A DNA stretch of 64,000 nt from Okamejei kenojei (taxonomy: Eukaryota), in the NCBI GenBank assembly GCA_035221665.1, contig CM069154.1, positions 31,062,001-31,126,000 on the forward strand, in the 5' to 3' direction. Within the stretch, counting starts at the first letter, position 1; the number at the start of each line of letters is the position of its first letter. Below the pieces are notes generated by a model. The model had not been told where the DNA came from. It did not search any database and saw only the letters and a list, made by a program, of their open reading frames with translations. A program made the translations under genes and the position numbers. Shown here piece after piece: positions 26,717-40,504 of the stretch.

Positions 26717-27184
26717 TAGGCCCACCACCGATTTTCCAGCACCCGTGGTTCCATAGCCTTACTGGATTGTCTGTTTTGAGTGAAAAGTGTCCAACGGTAC
26801 CAGAACAGTCCACCTAGGCTTCCAGGGAGCCAAGATATCGGCCTGCAAAGTCGGCCTTGAACGTAGTCTATGGGAACAGACCTGCTGACTCTGGCTGGGC
26901 TGAAGTTCCAGAGCCCTGGCCACAGAGGGCAAAACTTGATGCGCCAATCGGCGCAGAAGACCCGATAAGGTTGACATCGACGTGGAAGACCCAATGAGTT
27001 TGAGATCGACGTGGAAGACCCAATGAGGTTGAGATCGACGTGGAAGACCCAATGAGGTTGAGATCGGCCGTCTCACCCGGCCTAGGGTGGACTTCCGGGA
27101 GGATTTCAAGTGCGCTCTCATAAATTTGTCTGGATGAAAGGAGGTATCGGATTACCGCTTGTCAGAAAATCAGTGATGTACCTG
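26717..27184. mobile_element. pogo/Tigger-like non-autonomous DNA transposon containing a 29-bp minisatellite
   Basis: Imperfect TIRs taggcccaccaccgattttc / gaaaatcagtgatgtacctg flanked by TA on both sides. Confidence 0.55.
26956..27066. repeat. 29-bp minisatellite, ~3.8 copies (gaagacccaatgaggttgagatcgacgtg)
   Basis: Units start at 26956, 26985, 27014 and 27043. Confidence 0.95.
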
Positions 27185-27859
27185 TACTCAAAATAACAAT
27201 CCGTCAAGAGGCAAGAGTGTTTAACTGCATCTGTGCTGAACCAGAACAGTGAAGCTCATCCTGGTAACCTAGTCTAAAATACGACTGGTCAGTATGATAT
27301 CAAAATATTGATTATGATATCAAAATACCAAATATCAAGTGAACCAATGTAAATTACTTCCAAAATCGTATGGCGATTTACCCCCAAAAATGTGAGGGCT
27401 ATTCCAAAGTAATCCAAACTTCGTTTTCTTATATCTTTAACACCTTCAATACTTGCGAAAGACATCGCACTGCCCTGCCTGTCAATTTATCAGTGGCAAA
27501 AGGAACATAATTGTGTAAGAGGGGAGAATGTTTAGGATAAAATCTTTCTATATGCAGAACAGAATATGAAATAGCATAACAATAAAACCTCCGCTTCTAT
27601 AAATAAATACTGTATGCTGATTGTGAATGATAACTTCAGAAAGCATAATTCTACCAAATAGCTTGAAGAAGTTGTGCCACAACAAATTATCTTAGTTCAA
27701 AGAATAATTTTGTCATTGTCATTGCATAATTTAATAATATTTCTAAGTTTAGAGTTTCTCGAAGAAAAAAATCAACAGCCAAGTTCGAGGTTTCAAAAGA
27801 GACAGTGCTCCTTTCTTCCCAGTCTGATACATTACCAGCACATTGATGTGCTGAGTGTC

Positions 27860-28195
27860 CACAGGCCATCTCAAAAGCACTTTGTAGGCAATCAAGTATT
27901 TTGAACTGTAGTTACTAATGCAGTGTTGGAAGCATTGAAAATATTCTGCACTATGGCGATAATGGCCAGAAAGACTGATTTTTTAAAAAAGTTTTCCATT
28001 GAGAGGTAATAGTTTGTTTGGCTAATACGGATGGCTCCCATGCTCTTTGAAATAACTTCATATTCACCCGAAAACTTCAGTCAAGTGCCTGGAAGGTGGC
28101 ATCTCTGACAGTAGAGCACTCCCTCAGTAGTGTGCTGGAGTGTGCCAGCTGCGAATCTTGCATTCGGGTCTCTGCAGTTGAACCTGAACTTGATT
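27860..28195 (-). mobile_element. Deu-SINE (SacSINE1/AmnSINE-like) relic
   Basis: Minus strand reads cacactccagcacactactgagggagtgctctactgtcagagatgcc, resembling the Deu-domain core ACTCCAGTGCAGTACTGAGGGAGTGCTGCACTGTCGGAGGTGCC. Confidence 0.6.
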
Positions 28196-28220
28196 TAGAG
28201 GCAAGAGTACTTCCGACTAT

Positions 28221-29005
28221 TGGGCCTGTCCCACTTAGGTGATTTTTCAGCATACTGCCGGCGACTGTTAAGTTGCCGGCAGTCGCCTGAAAAGTTGGGA
28301 ACTGGAACGGCGACTGTCAGAGTGAAATACACACACACACACACACACATCGCAAAGGCAGGGGCCAGGGCAAGCGGGGTGGGGTGTTGGGAGAGCGCTG
28401 TCTGAAATGCACACGGTGCAAAGCCAAAGTGATATAGACACACACCGTGATGAAGGAATGTTGCCGCTGTTATTAAGACGGCTAGCACAGTGTACGGTAA
28501 GTCCTTTAAAAGAGAGGGGGAGAGCAGAGAAGGGGGGAGAAGGAGTGGAGACAACTTTCAAGAAGCCAGACAACTTTTAATAAGCCAGAGATACACAGCT
28601 GTGATGTTCGGCGGACATTACCGGTCGGTTATCCTTGGTTCTGAAAACTCCTGCTTACGTTTTTTTCCCCCAATGAGAATGACCGGTCAGAAAAGACGAT
28701 TAACTAAAACCACCTACGACTACCTTAACTACCAAAAACTACATGGTGAGCCCACTACAACTGCACCTACGAATACAGGATTATCGATTATCCCCATGGC
28801 GACCATTTTTTGGTCACAGGAAACTTTTCAACATGGTGAAAATTTTGTGGCAACCATAGTGAGGCCGCTACTAGTTTTCTGAATGCGAGAACTCCTCGCA
28901 ACCATGAAGGAGACTCACCAGAGACCACCAGCGAACATGTGGCGACCATGTGGTGAGCGCAGTCTCCTGCACTCGCCTAAAAAGTCACCTCAGTGGGACA
29001 GGCTT
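28221..29005. mobile_element. Non-autonomous DNA transposon (PIF/Harbinger-like MITE)
   Basis: TIRs gcctgtcccacttaggtgattttt ... aaaaagtcacctcagtgggacaggc; CpG-rich interior with a (CA)n tract. Confidence 0.8.
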
Positions 29006-31030
29006 ATAAGTCAACTGTAAACTGAAATAGATTTGCGCAAATTAATTTGAATATTTAAACTACTTTATTTCTGACTGCACATGTTTTATTGTTGCTTAGA
29101 TAGTAGAACCTAATAAATCTGAATTAATATTTAAAATTCTCAAACTCACAGCAGCAGGTTAAGAGGCAATATTAATGTCAGTAACCACAAGAAAATCAAA
29201 CCCCATTGGCCAGTTTTATTTAAGTGTGAACATTTTAAGTCGGAAGGACTATTCACATTGGATTTTGTAAAAAAACACATCCAAACTCAACAAGCACAAT
29301 AATTTTAATCACCCCAATAATTCTATGTTTTGAAAAATAAAATTAAAATTAAAATATTAAAACAAACCACAAAAATTAAAGACAAAATGTGAATTAGGTA
29401 ATGAGTAGGGGAGAGGAGTGAAAGGAAAATGAAAGAGGAAAAGGAAAGCGAAAGGGTAAAAGGAAGTCACAGAAAAAGTTTTTTTTTGTACTGAACCACA
29501 ATTGTACACACCCTCAAACATAAACTGAATGTTTACTACTGACAAGTTAGAAACTGGAAGAGTATCTCTGCATATTGGTGAAGACATCCACGACTGGTAA
29601 CAACAGCCATCATGGCTAGGTAGTCCTTCAGCATCCTTATTCCTGAATGAAATGAGGAACTGTCACCGCAAATGTCATGTCGTAAGGAACAGGGTGACCA
29701 AGATAAAGCCAAGCAAGTGTTAAAGGAAGAAAACAAATTATGAAATGCGAGTGCAAGCTACCCACGGATGAAAGATTGCTTCACAGCAGAATTTTAAAAG
29801 TACGGTTATCATAACAAATGAAAATTTAAAATTTAAAAATGTACCCTCCTAGCTACTTAATTTTCTTCATTTTGTGTGGATGATAGCAAACATTTTAGTT
29901 CAATCTGAAATTCAATTTTTAATTATCTAGGTGCTTTTAAAACAGATGTTATTTTTGTAGATTAAATGTAAGTTTCATTGAACACCAAATATATTCCTGC
30001 CCAAACTGATAAAACATGATATTTAAATCAGCTACGAATAAAGAACAGTTCAAGCACATTTACTGATGTGTTACTGTGTATAGGCATGAAAGGAAATTAA
30101 GAATTGTGATTCTGCAAGAGTCACTGAATTTCACCAAGTATATTTTTTCATGGATCCATTTTAAAAGCAAAAAGCATTCAAGCGCGCAACCAACAAATCC
30201 AATGGTGTCAAAGTGGCCTTTTGATCAAAAATTCGTTAAAATATGCAATTATGTCAAGCCAAGTATCTCCAACAAGTTTTCCCCTCATTTCCAACCTACT
30301 CAAAAAGTTAACCAGCACTGCCTATTGCACTACAGCTGTTTCTAATTATGACATCAGTGTTCCACAAAAACCTCCCAGAAACTGTCCCTGTATATGCTTA
30401 AGGAGGCCACCCAATTAGAACTGACATTAAATAAATCTGTTTGCAATAAACTTCATTATTTTCCTTTGGATTGTTCACCTATTAGCCACCCTGCTGTATT
30501 TAAAATGCCGATTAATAACCATTACCGAGGTGAAACCTTTGGGGATGCATATACGTGTCAGTGCCAATAACTGGAAAGGAAAACATGAGCTCAGACTTGT
30601 CCGAATGAAACAGTAAACAGAACCATATAAAAATCGGACTTACAAACACATGATAGCAGACAAAATCCCTGCATTTGATTGTTATATTATTTAACTCCAT
30701 CCAACAATTCAGTCCGTTTGTCAAAATCAAGTCGTGAGCAGGCTGTAAACAATCATTGTTTAAGATAGTGGGAAAAAAAAAGTTTTTATTTCAACGTGGA
30801 TCTTTACGAGAATATAACCACTGTTTAAAATATCCTGAAACATCCAAATATACTAATAATATGCAACTATTTAATTCTCCATAAACATAAATAGAACATA
30901 GTTTGCTTAAAGACCAAGTGTAGCAGATATTTCAATGTTCTTTTACCAACCAATGGTTTATCAGATGCACATTCACTGTCACTTTCTTACTGTACCAGAG
31001 CACGCCAGTGAAAGACAATGGTTTGCTTAC

Positions 31031-31132
31031 TCGAAATGTCTTGCTGGTGGGTGAAGGTGAGCAAGGTGGTGTCTCTGGCTGTGTTTTTCTGCTTCTCGTC
31101 AGGTCCTTACTCCTAGAATATAGCGCTGACAT
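31031..31132 (-). CDS. PPP1R12B: Alternative first coding exon of the small subunit M20 (sm-M20/M21): [34 protein letters not shown]
   Basis: ATG with A at -3 and donor CGA|gtaagc, phase 0 onto the 17-nt exon. Closely resembles the recalled mammalian sm-M20 N-terminus [34 protein letters not shown]. Predicted product is 185 aa. Confidence 0.9.
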
Positions 31133-31700
31133 AGTTAACCAAATCCAAGATATCCGCTTCTGATCAGTACAGTGATAGTGTTCACTTTGCTGAGCAAGTC
31201 TCCTCTGTGCTCTAACACGCTGCCTTCAGAACTGGTTGGTACTGTATCCAAAACTGAAATGCATAAGTTTTTCTTTACAACATTGCAAGCTGACAGGCAA
31301 AATGAAAATAAGACCGTTAGATGAAAATTGCTGGTCCTCAAGTCAAATTTTGTTCTTCTTCAGTTTCACCAAGAGTTCAGCGCATTAGAAAAAAAAAGAT
31401 GAAAGTGACAAACAAAATCCTAAAGGACTGTCGTTCAAAATATTGCAGCTACAGGAAAATGGTTTCAATTTACCTGAACTGTATCACATGAAGACTAAAT
31501 TGAGATCAATATCAAAGCACAATTTTTCATTTTGAGACTCTGCACACATCAAGGACTGCAGTAACTCTCGATGATGTACGAACACAGCAACTTCTGTTTT
31601 GTACTTATTGCCTTAGCTGGACTGCTTCAAGCACCGCTTTCTTTTGACATTCCAATTTTTTTTTTCTGACTTGAATAGGAATGCTGGAGTTAAGCCAAAG
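31133..31700 (-). promoter_or_regulatory. Putative 5' UTR exons and internal promoter region for the M20 transcript
   Basis: Acceptor catttcag| before 31253 and no ATG between 31253 and 31133. Candidate upstream donor CAG|gtaaat at 31474. Two MCAT/TEAD motifs (CATTCC 31648-31653, GGAATG 31678-31683). Confidence 0.4.
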
Positions 31701-33189
31701 ACACCATTTGGTTTCAGCTGGGATTTAAGTTTTTTTTCCTCCGAGGAAGAAACTCCTTAAAAGTTCCTTACATACATATAGGATCAATAGTTTTGACAAG
31801 GAAGTCACAAGTTCAGAAGGTAGACGTTCTCAGATTTAAAAGAAGATAGAACAATATCAGTTACTTTTGAACAGCTTCATCCATTCAGTGGAATAAGCTG
31901 CCATAGCCAACAATTAACTCTTTGCTGTCATTTGGTGAAATTAGAGTATTTATTGCAGCTGTGTATTTTATGTATAAATTGTATGCATTTTCTCACAATG
32001 ACTAAAATTATCCTTTCATTGTAGTCCATCCCTTTGTCCACTTTAATAGAAGTGATTAGTGGATTAAGGAATAACCATGTTTTTAAAAGTTAGGGTTTTT
32101 TTTAAACACGTGAACGCAATTCAGACCATTTCTTTCACCACACTATCATATTTGCTTTGCAGCGGAGACAAATTACTACTGACCATTAAAATTAATTAGT
32201 ATTTAAACAATTTTCCATGAAACAGAATCTGAATAATTCTAAAATTACTCTGACTAATAACCTGCCCACAAACAGACATGGTTAGCATCTATAAAAATAT
32301 AGCAAAGTGAATATCGTTTCAGAATCAGCAATCCTATAAAAGAATAAGGAAGATAAGCAGTTCCAAATTACTGTTTAGATTTCTAATTCTGGGTTTCACA
32401 ATTTAGGAATGACATCAGCGCTTTATAAAGGCATTGTGCAAGAAATTTTACCAGAATGGTATCAAAGATTTTGAGAATCTCCACATGTAATAAACTGGGA
32501 TTAGCAAAAACGTTGATAGGGAAATATGAATAAAATTGCAAGATGGTGATGGTTTGGAGTGTTACTGGTAGCTGTTATAAATCAAAATTATTTGTGATTT
32601 GTAATGATATAAATCTGCAACAGAAAGTTGGAAGACAATGGAAAACGAGTAGGGATGTTAACAATATTGTTATTTAAAAAACCTGACAAGAACAATGGGT
32701 CAAATATCTTCCTTGAATGTCAAAGGAATATTCCTCGAGTATTCCATTGTGTGCTGGAATGCACAAAAGCAATTAGTTAAATAATAAAATGGTTCTGCAA
32801 TGTGCAGATATGAGATTCATTATAGGGAATGAGGTTTTACAATGTTAGGTTAAAAAAATCTTCTGAATGCGTGTATGTTTCAAAGCACACTTCCTTAGAA
32901 TCTCTTACATGAAGCAGTAAAGCTTAATTTTTGATTAAATTCTAGAGAGAAAATTGGCCATTTTGCTGTCAAATTTTCTACAAAGAATCATCTGCAATTA
33001 TAGCAATCAGTTCAGTAAGTATTATAAGGTTTGTAATACACCCAGGAGATCAAAATTACAGCTTGAACTTTCATGTATGACTTTTTAATTAGAATGATTT
33101 ATTTTGGTAAATTTTAACTCCTTAGGACTACTTCCCTCCTCAATTTTTAACTAGGTTTCGATTATAGTATAAAATATCATCAATACTTT

Positions 33190-34395
33190 ATCTTATTGCT
33201 CTCCATTCCCCCAAAAGTAAGGAACAATAGATGAATACAACAATTAAGTTGAAACTGGCAAAGTCTCTCAAAAAAAAGATGGCTTTTAAATTCTACCAAA
33301 AAGTTCTGAGAGGGCAGGGTAAGCAACTCCTCAACGTCCTCATTGGTACCAATGACAAAGATAGGAAGGGAGTCAAGGTCCTGCAAAGAGATTATAGGGA
33401 GTCAGTCAGTTGGTTAAAAAGCAGGACACCAGAGTTGTAATTTCAGGAATACTATCTGTGCCACATTCTAACAATGCAAGAAATAGAAAGCTATGTAATT
33501 CAATACGTGGCCAAGAAATTGATGCAGGAAGGAGGGCTTCAGGCAACTAGATTTTTGGGCTCTCTTCAAGGGCAGGGAGTACCTGCACGAGGGGTGGGTT
33601 TCCACCTGAAATGCAGAGAAATCAATAATCTTCCAGGGATTAATGGGAATATAGAGGTTATGACAAGTCAGTCTCAAAGGAAAGACAAGCAGGGACAGGT
33701 TATTGAGCAAAGTGAGAATGGTGGGCTGCAGTGCGTTTATTTCAATGGAAGGAGCATTATGATTCAAGCATATGGACTGAGTCTGGATTAGGGCACTGAA
33801 CTATGATGTTGTGGCCATTGCAGAGACTTGGTTTCACGGTGAACATGATTGACAACTCCAAGTTCCAGGTGTTGAATGTTGTACTTTGCATCGGTATTCT
33901 AGAAGAACATGGACATGTGCCAAGGTATTTTCAGATCAAAAACATGGTGGTGTTGTTCTCTTGAAGAGCATTAGGTGGATAAGTCCCCAGGGTTTGATGG
34001 CGTCTATCCTTCATTATTGAGAGGGGCAAAAGTGGAGATTGTTCCATTTTGACGAAGATCTTTGAATTCGCTCCAGCCACAGGCACAGTCCCGGAGGGCT
34101 GGAGATTAGCCAATTTTGTTCCTTTGTTTAAGAGAAAGAGCGAAAATTCAAGAAATTATTGACAGTCAAATCTCATCAGCAGTAGGGAAGCTATTGAAAA
34201 GGATTAAATATAGGATATATTACAATGACACGACAAAGTGGCTGCAGATGTGATAGTGGCTTTCTTAATGCTTTGAGATAGGCAAATGGAAGGAGGGATA
34301 TAGCTGAAAGGATTAGTTTAATTTTACATTATGTTCAGCACAGACATCGTGAGTCACAGGGCATGTTCTTGCGTACTTTTCCATGTATGTTCTAT
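33190..34395 (+). mobile_element. Highly deleted CR1 element (ORF1 end, endonuclease start, RT start, 3' end)
   Basis: VLIGTND, LQCVYFN.RSI, YDVVAIAETWF, G.VPEGWRLA.F.PLFK. Confidence 0.7.
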
Positions 34396-34818
34396 ATACT
34401 CCATGAACAACATGTGAGCTTGTATGACTGGACACTATATTGATTCACTGGAGCATATCCAATTTGGTGGTCATGCACAATTTAAAGATATTCACTTCTG
34501 TTGCAGGTAAAAGCGGCAGCTTTAAGATTGAATGCAGATGTTAAACAAATTGCTGGCAAATTTTGGAAAATTACCTACCCATGCCTGAACATTTATCTTT
34601 TACTGCTGGTGCCGACTGAATATTTGTAATAATCTGAATGTCACACAACTTTTTCCTACTGGTTACTGGTTCTCTTGGACAATCAGGAGTAATTAATTTT
34701 CAACACGATGCAAACGCACAAAAACAATCTTTTGTCGTAATGATTCTTTCTTTACAATTACAAAAACTTGGATTAGAAATACTAGATATAGGATATTTCA
34801 TCCCTAATATTACAATGA

Positions 34819-35339
34819 AGGGCCTGTCCCATTTGGACGACCTAATCCACGTGTTTAGAAGACCCTAGACAAGTTGAAAAAAATGTCAAGGTCGTGTTGA
34901 TTCGCCAAAGTAAAAGACCTCTGATGACTATGTCTACGACCTCCTACTTCTATGTCTACGACCCCCCTCGACCTCAGCCTTCCACACCTAAGACCAACTA
35001 CGACTAGCTACGAGTGGAAATGATCACATGATAAAATGATGTCATGTTTACATTTTTTTTTCTCGGGTCAGCTACTGACCTACGACTACGATCACGACCT
35101 ACTACGACCTACCTACGAGTAAAAATAATCAATTTTTTCCTTGCTGACCTTTTTTTAAAAAAAACTTGTGGACATTTTTTATCAGGCTGGAAATAACGTC
35201 GCGACCTGCTTGAGGCCACGAGTGCGCGGAGACCAGAGTTACGAAGACCTCCTACGACCTCGTGGTGACCATGCTGTATGAGTCAAGGGCAAACTTGGCA
35301 GAGGTCACGAATTAGGTCGTGAAAGTGGGACAGGGGCCT
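34819..35339. mobile_element. Related PIF/Harbinger-like MITE
   Basis: TIRs agggcctgtcccatttggacgacctaat ... attaggtcgtgaaagtgggacagg; many internal ctacgac repeats. Confidence 0.8.
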
Positions 35340-36321
35340 GACAAAGACTGATGTCATTAATGATAAAACTCTAGGTAGACTTGGAGAAGACACTTTCATA
35401 TAATCAAATAGTTTTGTTAATTCAGCGTGATGCCAAGGGGAGTTTAAATAATAAGGCAAACCCATGCAAATCCTTTAAAATCTGTCAGTAACCTTATATA
35501 AATGTTTTAGTAGTTCTAGGCATTGTATTCTCCACGTCTTTAAACATTTGGCAGGGTTGCTAAGAACTGAACTTGTTTCAACCATAGCAGCTTTCGTATC
35601 TATGCAACACACGAATCTCAAATTATACTTGGTACAACTTCTGCAATTAGAAAATGAAATTACCTTGTTTGACAAAATGTAAAGCTTAATGGATAGCGGA
35701 AGCAATTACAACACAGAGCTCCTTTGCGGACTGAATACAAAGTCTACTCACATCATATTAAACACCACAGAAGGTGACACTTTATGATCCAATATGCCCA
35801 GTAGTTCAAACAAATGATAACAAATTGAATAATATAGTCAATTCCACGCTTGCAATACTGTTTTATACCTTTAGAATACTCAAATTGCTCATTGCCAGGG
35901 CTGCACTAAACTGGAGACTGAGGGCGAGAGGCTTATTAATTAGCTGTTTAAAATGCCAGTCAGTGAACAGTTGTACATGGCATCATAGCAGACCAGCAAA
36001 CAAATCAATATATCCAATACACCTAATACAAATTAGTTTTCGTAAATGGGATTTGAACACAAACTAATTACATGTCAATTGACATCACCATAATGTTCAA
36101 GTATATAATGAAAGATATCGATCGTCGTTAAAGAATGGAGAACAAACAAGTATATTGGGGAGAAGTTATGAGTAACAGATAAATTTAAAAAAGGAACAAT
36201 GAAAATGTGACAACATGGAAGGGAGGGGAAACATACTCAATGCACGTGACAATTTGAGGTTAGGGAAACTGGACATGGATGGAAATGGTGGTGATACAGG
36301 CCTCAGCTGGGCTGGAAAAGA

Positions 36322-36418
36322 ACAGTCTGATGAAGGGTTTCGGCCCGAAACATTGCCTATTTCCTTCGCTCCATGGATGCTGCCTCACCCGCTGAGTTTC
36401 TCCAGCATTTTTGTCTAA
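36322..36418 (+). mobile_element. Penelope-derived repeat with hammerhead-like core
   Basis: CTGATGA a gggtttcggccc GAAA at 36327-36350 plus the family tail. Confidence 0.65.
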
Positions 36419-39400
36419 CTCAGATTAATTGCCTTGTTTATGAAGGGTGGCAGCAATAACAGCCAGAAGCAAGCCCCTCAACCCATCATCTACACACCAT
36501 ACATTCATCCTTCCAGTACCCATTCATACCAATCCCACAATAATCCCAATTTACTCTCCACTTTCCCCACAAACTCCACTCAGATTCTAGCAATCACCTC
36601 GCACAGTAGGGGAGAACTTTACATTGCCCAATTAAGCTAGCAACCGCACGTCTTTGGGATGTGGGAGGAACCTGGAGCACCCAGGAAAACCCCACAATGT
36701 GCACACATCCGACAGGCTGCACCAGAGGTCAAGATTGAACCGAAGTCACTGGAGCAGCAATGCAGTGGCTCTATGAGCTATGCCACTGCACCACCAAACG
36801 AAAGATTGGCAATAGAGCATAAGCACGATCAGAAGGAAATGTTAAAGGTGACAGAAAACAACATTAGTGCCAGATCATGTATGAGGAGTGCAAGCTGAAC
36901 TGACACTATGCCTATTACATTTATGCAAGAGTGCGGTGATAGGATGGGTGTAATCAAATAGTGAATCACCTGTGAATTATTACTTTCAAAGGAACATATT
37001 GCTATGATTAGATACTACTCCAGTAAAACATAAATAAACATGTCAAGTTTAACTTGTTATTTACCACTGAAATGTAAATAAACAATTATGCTGAGGATAA
37101 AAAATAATTATTTCTGATATCGACTTTAATTTTACGGTCAACATTAACTACCCATCGTGAATTGCCATTGAGATAGTGAGCCATTTCAAACTACTGCATA
37201 CTACTGAAACTCTGTGTTGTTGGAGAGCAAGTTTCAGGACAATGAAGGACTGATGACATATTTTCAAGTTAGTATGGTGCATGGAGCTTGCAAGGAGCAA
37301 GGAGCTTGCTGAAAATGAAGCTTTGTAGTTGATGGGAAACCTTTTGTATGTCAGCTGATGAGTCACTTGGTACAGGATACCCAGCTATTGAAGCTGGTCC
37401 AAGTAAGTGTCCGGTCAATGGTTATCCCCATTATCCCAGGGTAACATTGGTTGAGATTTCCAACAGCAGCAACGTAAGGAGACAAGAGGTCCTGATAAAC
37501 CCAATATAACACTGATGAACAATTTATTGTGAAATACGTTGCTTGATAGCACCGTCAGAAGACCTTCCGTCACTTTGTTAATGACTGAAAATAGACTTGT
37601 TGGGCAATAATTGGATTGGATTTAGTTCAGTTCAGTTTAGTTTGTCACGTGTACAGAGGTACAGTGAAAAGCTTTTTGTTGGATTTATTCTGCTTGTCAT
37701 GATGCAGGACATACTTACAGCATCTGCAATCCCATGCCATTATTTTGCAGCTAGTTCCAACAATTACTATTTTATTAAATGTTCTTCTGGAAGCTGAAAG
37801 TCATCTCGGCCAAAATGTAATCATGGCGTACGGCAGTTTTTTTTAGGAAAAAATAAATGAACTACAAAATTATGGTTGCCAAAATGTAATAAGTTGTTTA
37901 TCTATCTCAATGCAATATTGCATTGAGTGTAAAAATTGTTTGTTCAATTACAAGTTTCAATCTGTCGACCATGTACATTTAAGTCAAATATTGAGCCGAG
38001 CCATGAAAAATGCTGGTCAAATAATCGGTACCGAATATTCTATGGACCTATACAGCAAATTCAAAAAGATAGCCAAGTTGGCTTTTCTACTAGCAATTGA
38101 TTTCCTCTCTGCACATTTATTTAGATCAACTGTAATGCATCTTACAGAGCATATGCATCACTACTGGAGCTTCAAAAGACTGGTGGGGTTTTAGATTATT
38201 AAAGTCGACTTAATTTCTGGTCAATTTATTGATTTGCAGTTTTAGTCCATGTTACTCAGTTATGAAATGCTATATCCATGGCAAACAAATCAAATTATTA
38301 ACGTGTAATCTTGAAAATATTTCAGACATTTGAAAAATCAGTTAACAAATATAATTAGGGAGGTTCAGGAGCAGTGGGTGGTATAGATGTGATTTTCATT
38401 TGTAGAAATTCTGACTCCATGTGGTCTCACTGTCCTTAACTCTTATAATCTTGAAATTAGATTCCTCTAATTCTAACCTCTTCAACATCCTTAACTTAAC
38501 TGTTCCACAAGCTACTGATTCTTTAAAACTTAAAAATGTTCTCTCAATTTCTCCAGAACACCTTTCGTTAATATATTCCTTAAAACCTAACAGGCAAAGT
38601 TTTTGGTCATCTGCTCTAATGTCACTTCATCAGATCAAATTTTTATCTAACTGTGCTCATATTAAACCCTTGGAACAATTTTGCTCCTTTAAATGCATTA
38701 AATAAATAGGAGTTATGTTTTCATTGCATTTTTTAAAACATGCCTTGAAGCTTTTAACATTTGTTTGTAGAATACATCATTTGTTCAAGAGCTAAATTAT
38801 GGCGACGTTTATTCATGTACGAGAAGACTTTAATTATATCATCAGTTAAATATTCCAATCAGATAAAAGCAGTGCAAATGGTGAATTTTATATTTTACAT
38901 CAAACTGATCTAGATTATATTGCTCAAGAATAACTTGTTTTCCCAGCTCCCTCAAGTCTTTGATGAATTGATAATCAATGGTTTGATAGTGTATTTAATT
39001 TTACTTACTGTTTCACCTATTCCATGACCTACATCCTAGCAGCAAGCTCCAAACTCTGCCCAGGCATACCTTACCATATTTGGAAATCAGCAGGGTAGCC
39101 AGTTTATCCAAGACGGCACTTGTCTATACCTAGAAAGGGCACAACTGAGCAATATTCTAACCCATCACATTTTAACAAAACACTACTTGAAAACTTCAGA
39201 ATATACAATGAGCACGAGACAAAGGTCACACAAGCTTTCCAAATTATTTAGGAAATAGCTGCTACATGTAGCAGATGGAAACAGGTCAAAGCATACATAG
39301 TGTTCGGTACTGCTGATAAACATTTCTAAGAGCATTTTTAGAAACATTAGCTGAAATAAAACCTGTGTTAATGAGGAATGACAGAAGCGTGCCCAACGAG

Positions 39401-40446
39401 GACGAATATTTGTAGAATTAGTGAGGGTAATTTCTGCAATGGTTTTTTATTCATCCACAGATGCTGGTCTTGGCACCATGGCTTAGATCGCTACTAACTG
39501 CCCTGGAGAAGCTAATGGCAAGCTACCGTTTTGAATTATTGCAGTAAACATATGCCCACAGCTATTTTACTTGGGAAAATACAAGGCTTTGACCCAGGGA
39601 GTTTGAAGGAATAGTGATAATTTAACATGCTGATTCTCAGGTAGTGCCATCCCTTTCAGGTTTCAGCTCTTTTCCTTCAGAAGGTAAATGTTGCAGATTT
39701 TAGAAATGCTATTGATGATAGCCTTGTTCAATTGCTGCAGTGCATATGGCGGGCAGGACATACTGCAGCAAATAACATTTTCAACTGGTGGATGAACTAT
39801 TTTTTCATATGGGATGTTCTGTTCAGGATACAGCCACGGATATATTACTGGAACTGTGATCTGGACAAACACAGAAAGGTTAATCACATTTCTTGCACAT
39901 CTGGCAAATGCTAAAAAGGCTTATGGGATTCAGGAGAGGAATCACAGTGCAGAATACTCAGTTTCTAACCTGCTCTGATAGCTTTCAAAATTCATGTGGA
40001 TGTTGAGAACCCAACTTCATTACATTTAAAAAAATATTTTTTTATATTAAATACATTGTAACCATATTCCATGTGGAGAAAAACTTAAGTGCATGAGATA
40101 TGCATATGGTTAATATGAGCGTTTGATAAGAACTTGCAAAATTTATTTTTCTAGGCATTCTAGTGCACCCTAATGGAAGTGCAGGATCAATGCAGCAGCA
40201 AGACACCAACTACCATTTCAGTTGTTGGACCGCTGAGGAAAACGGCACACTTTTGGTCCAAGTACACCCCCATGTTCCAAAAGGACTATTGCACAAGTCA
40301 CAACGTCAGCTTGTTCACCTCCTGATGTGGAGATCAGAACAGTGCCTCATCAAAACAACCTGGAAATGGTTATTACCACTTTTCAATCTGGGATAAGATT
40401 ATTTTCCATTACAAAACATTCATGACAATAGTGCGATTGTGAGCGT

Positions 40447-40504
40447 GGAGGGGGGGGGGGGGGGGGGGGGGAGTGGGGGGGGGGGGGGGGGGGGAGTGGT
40501 TGGG
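40447..40504 (+). repeat. Poly-G tract, interrupted
   Basis: Two long G runs separated by agt. Other homopolymers occur at 23603-23617 (G) and 47773-47795 (C). Confidence 0.9.

Noticed and set aside
26956-27066. CRISPR-like array of 29-bp repeats
   Set aside because: The units are contiguous with no unique spacers, in a eukaryotic context with no cas genes.
29536-29640. Short minus-strand ORF MLKDYLAMMAVVTSRGC... as another alternative first exon
   Set aside because: No recognisable homology and no convincing in-phase donor before the stop codon.
40447-40504. Functional G-quadruplex
   Set aside because: It is a simple homopolymer of uncertain length, and the transcribed (minus) strand is C-rich.
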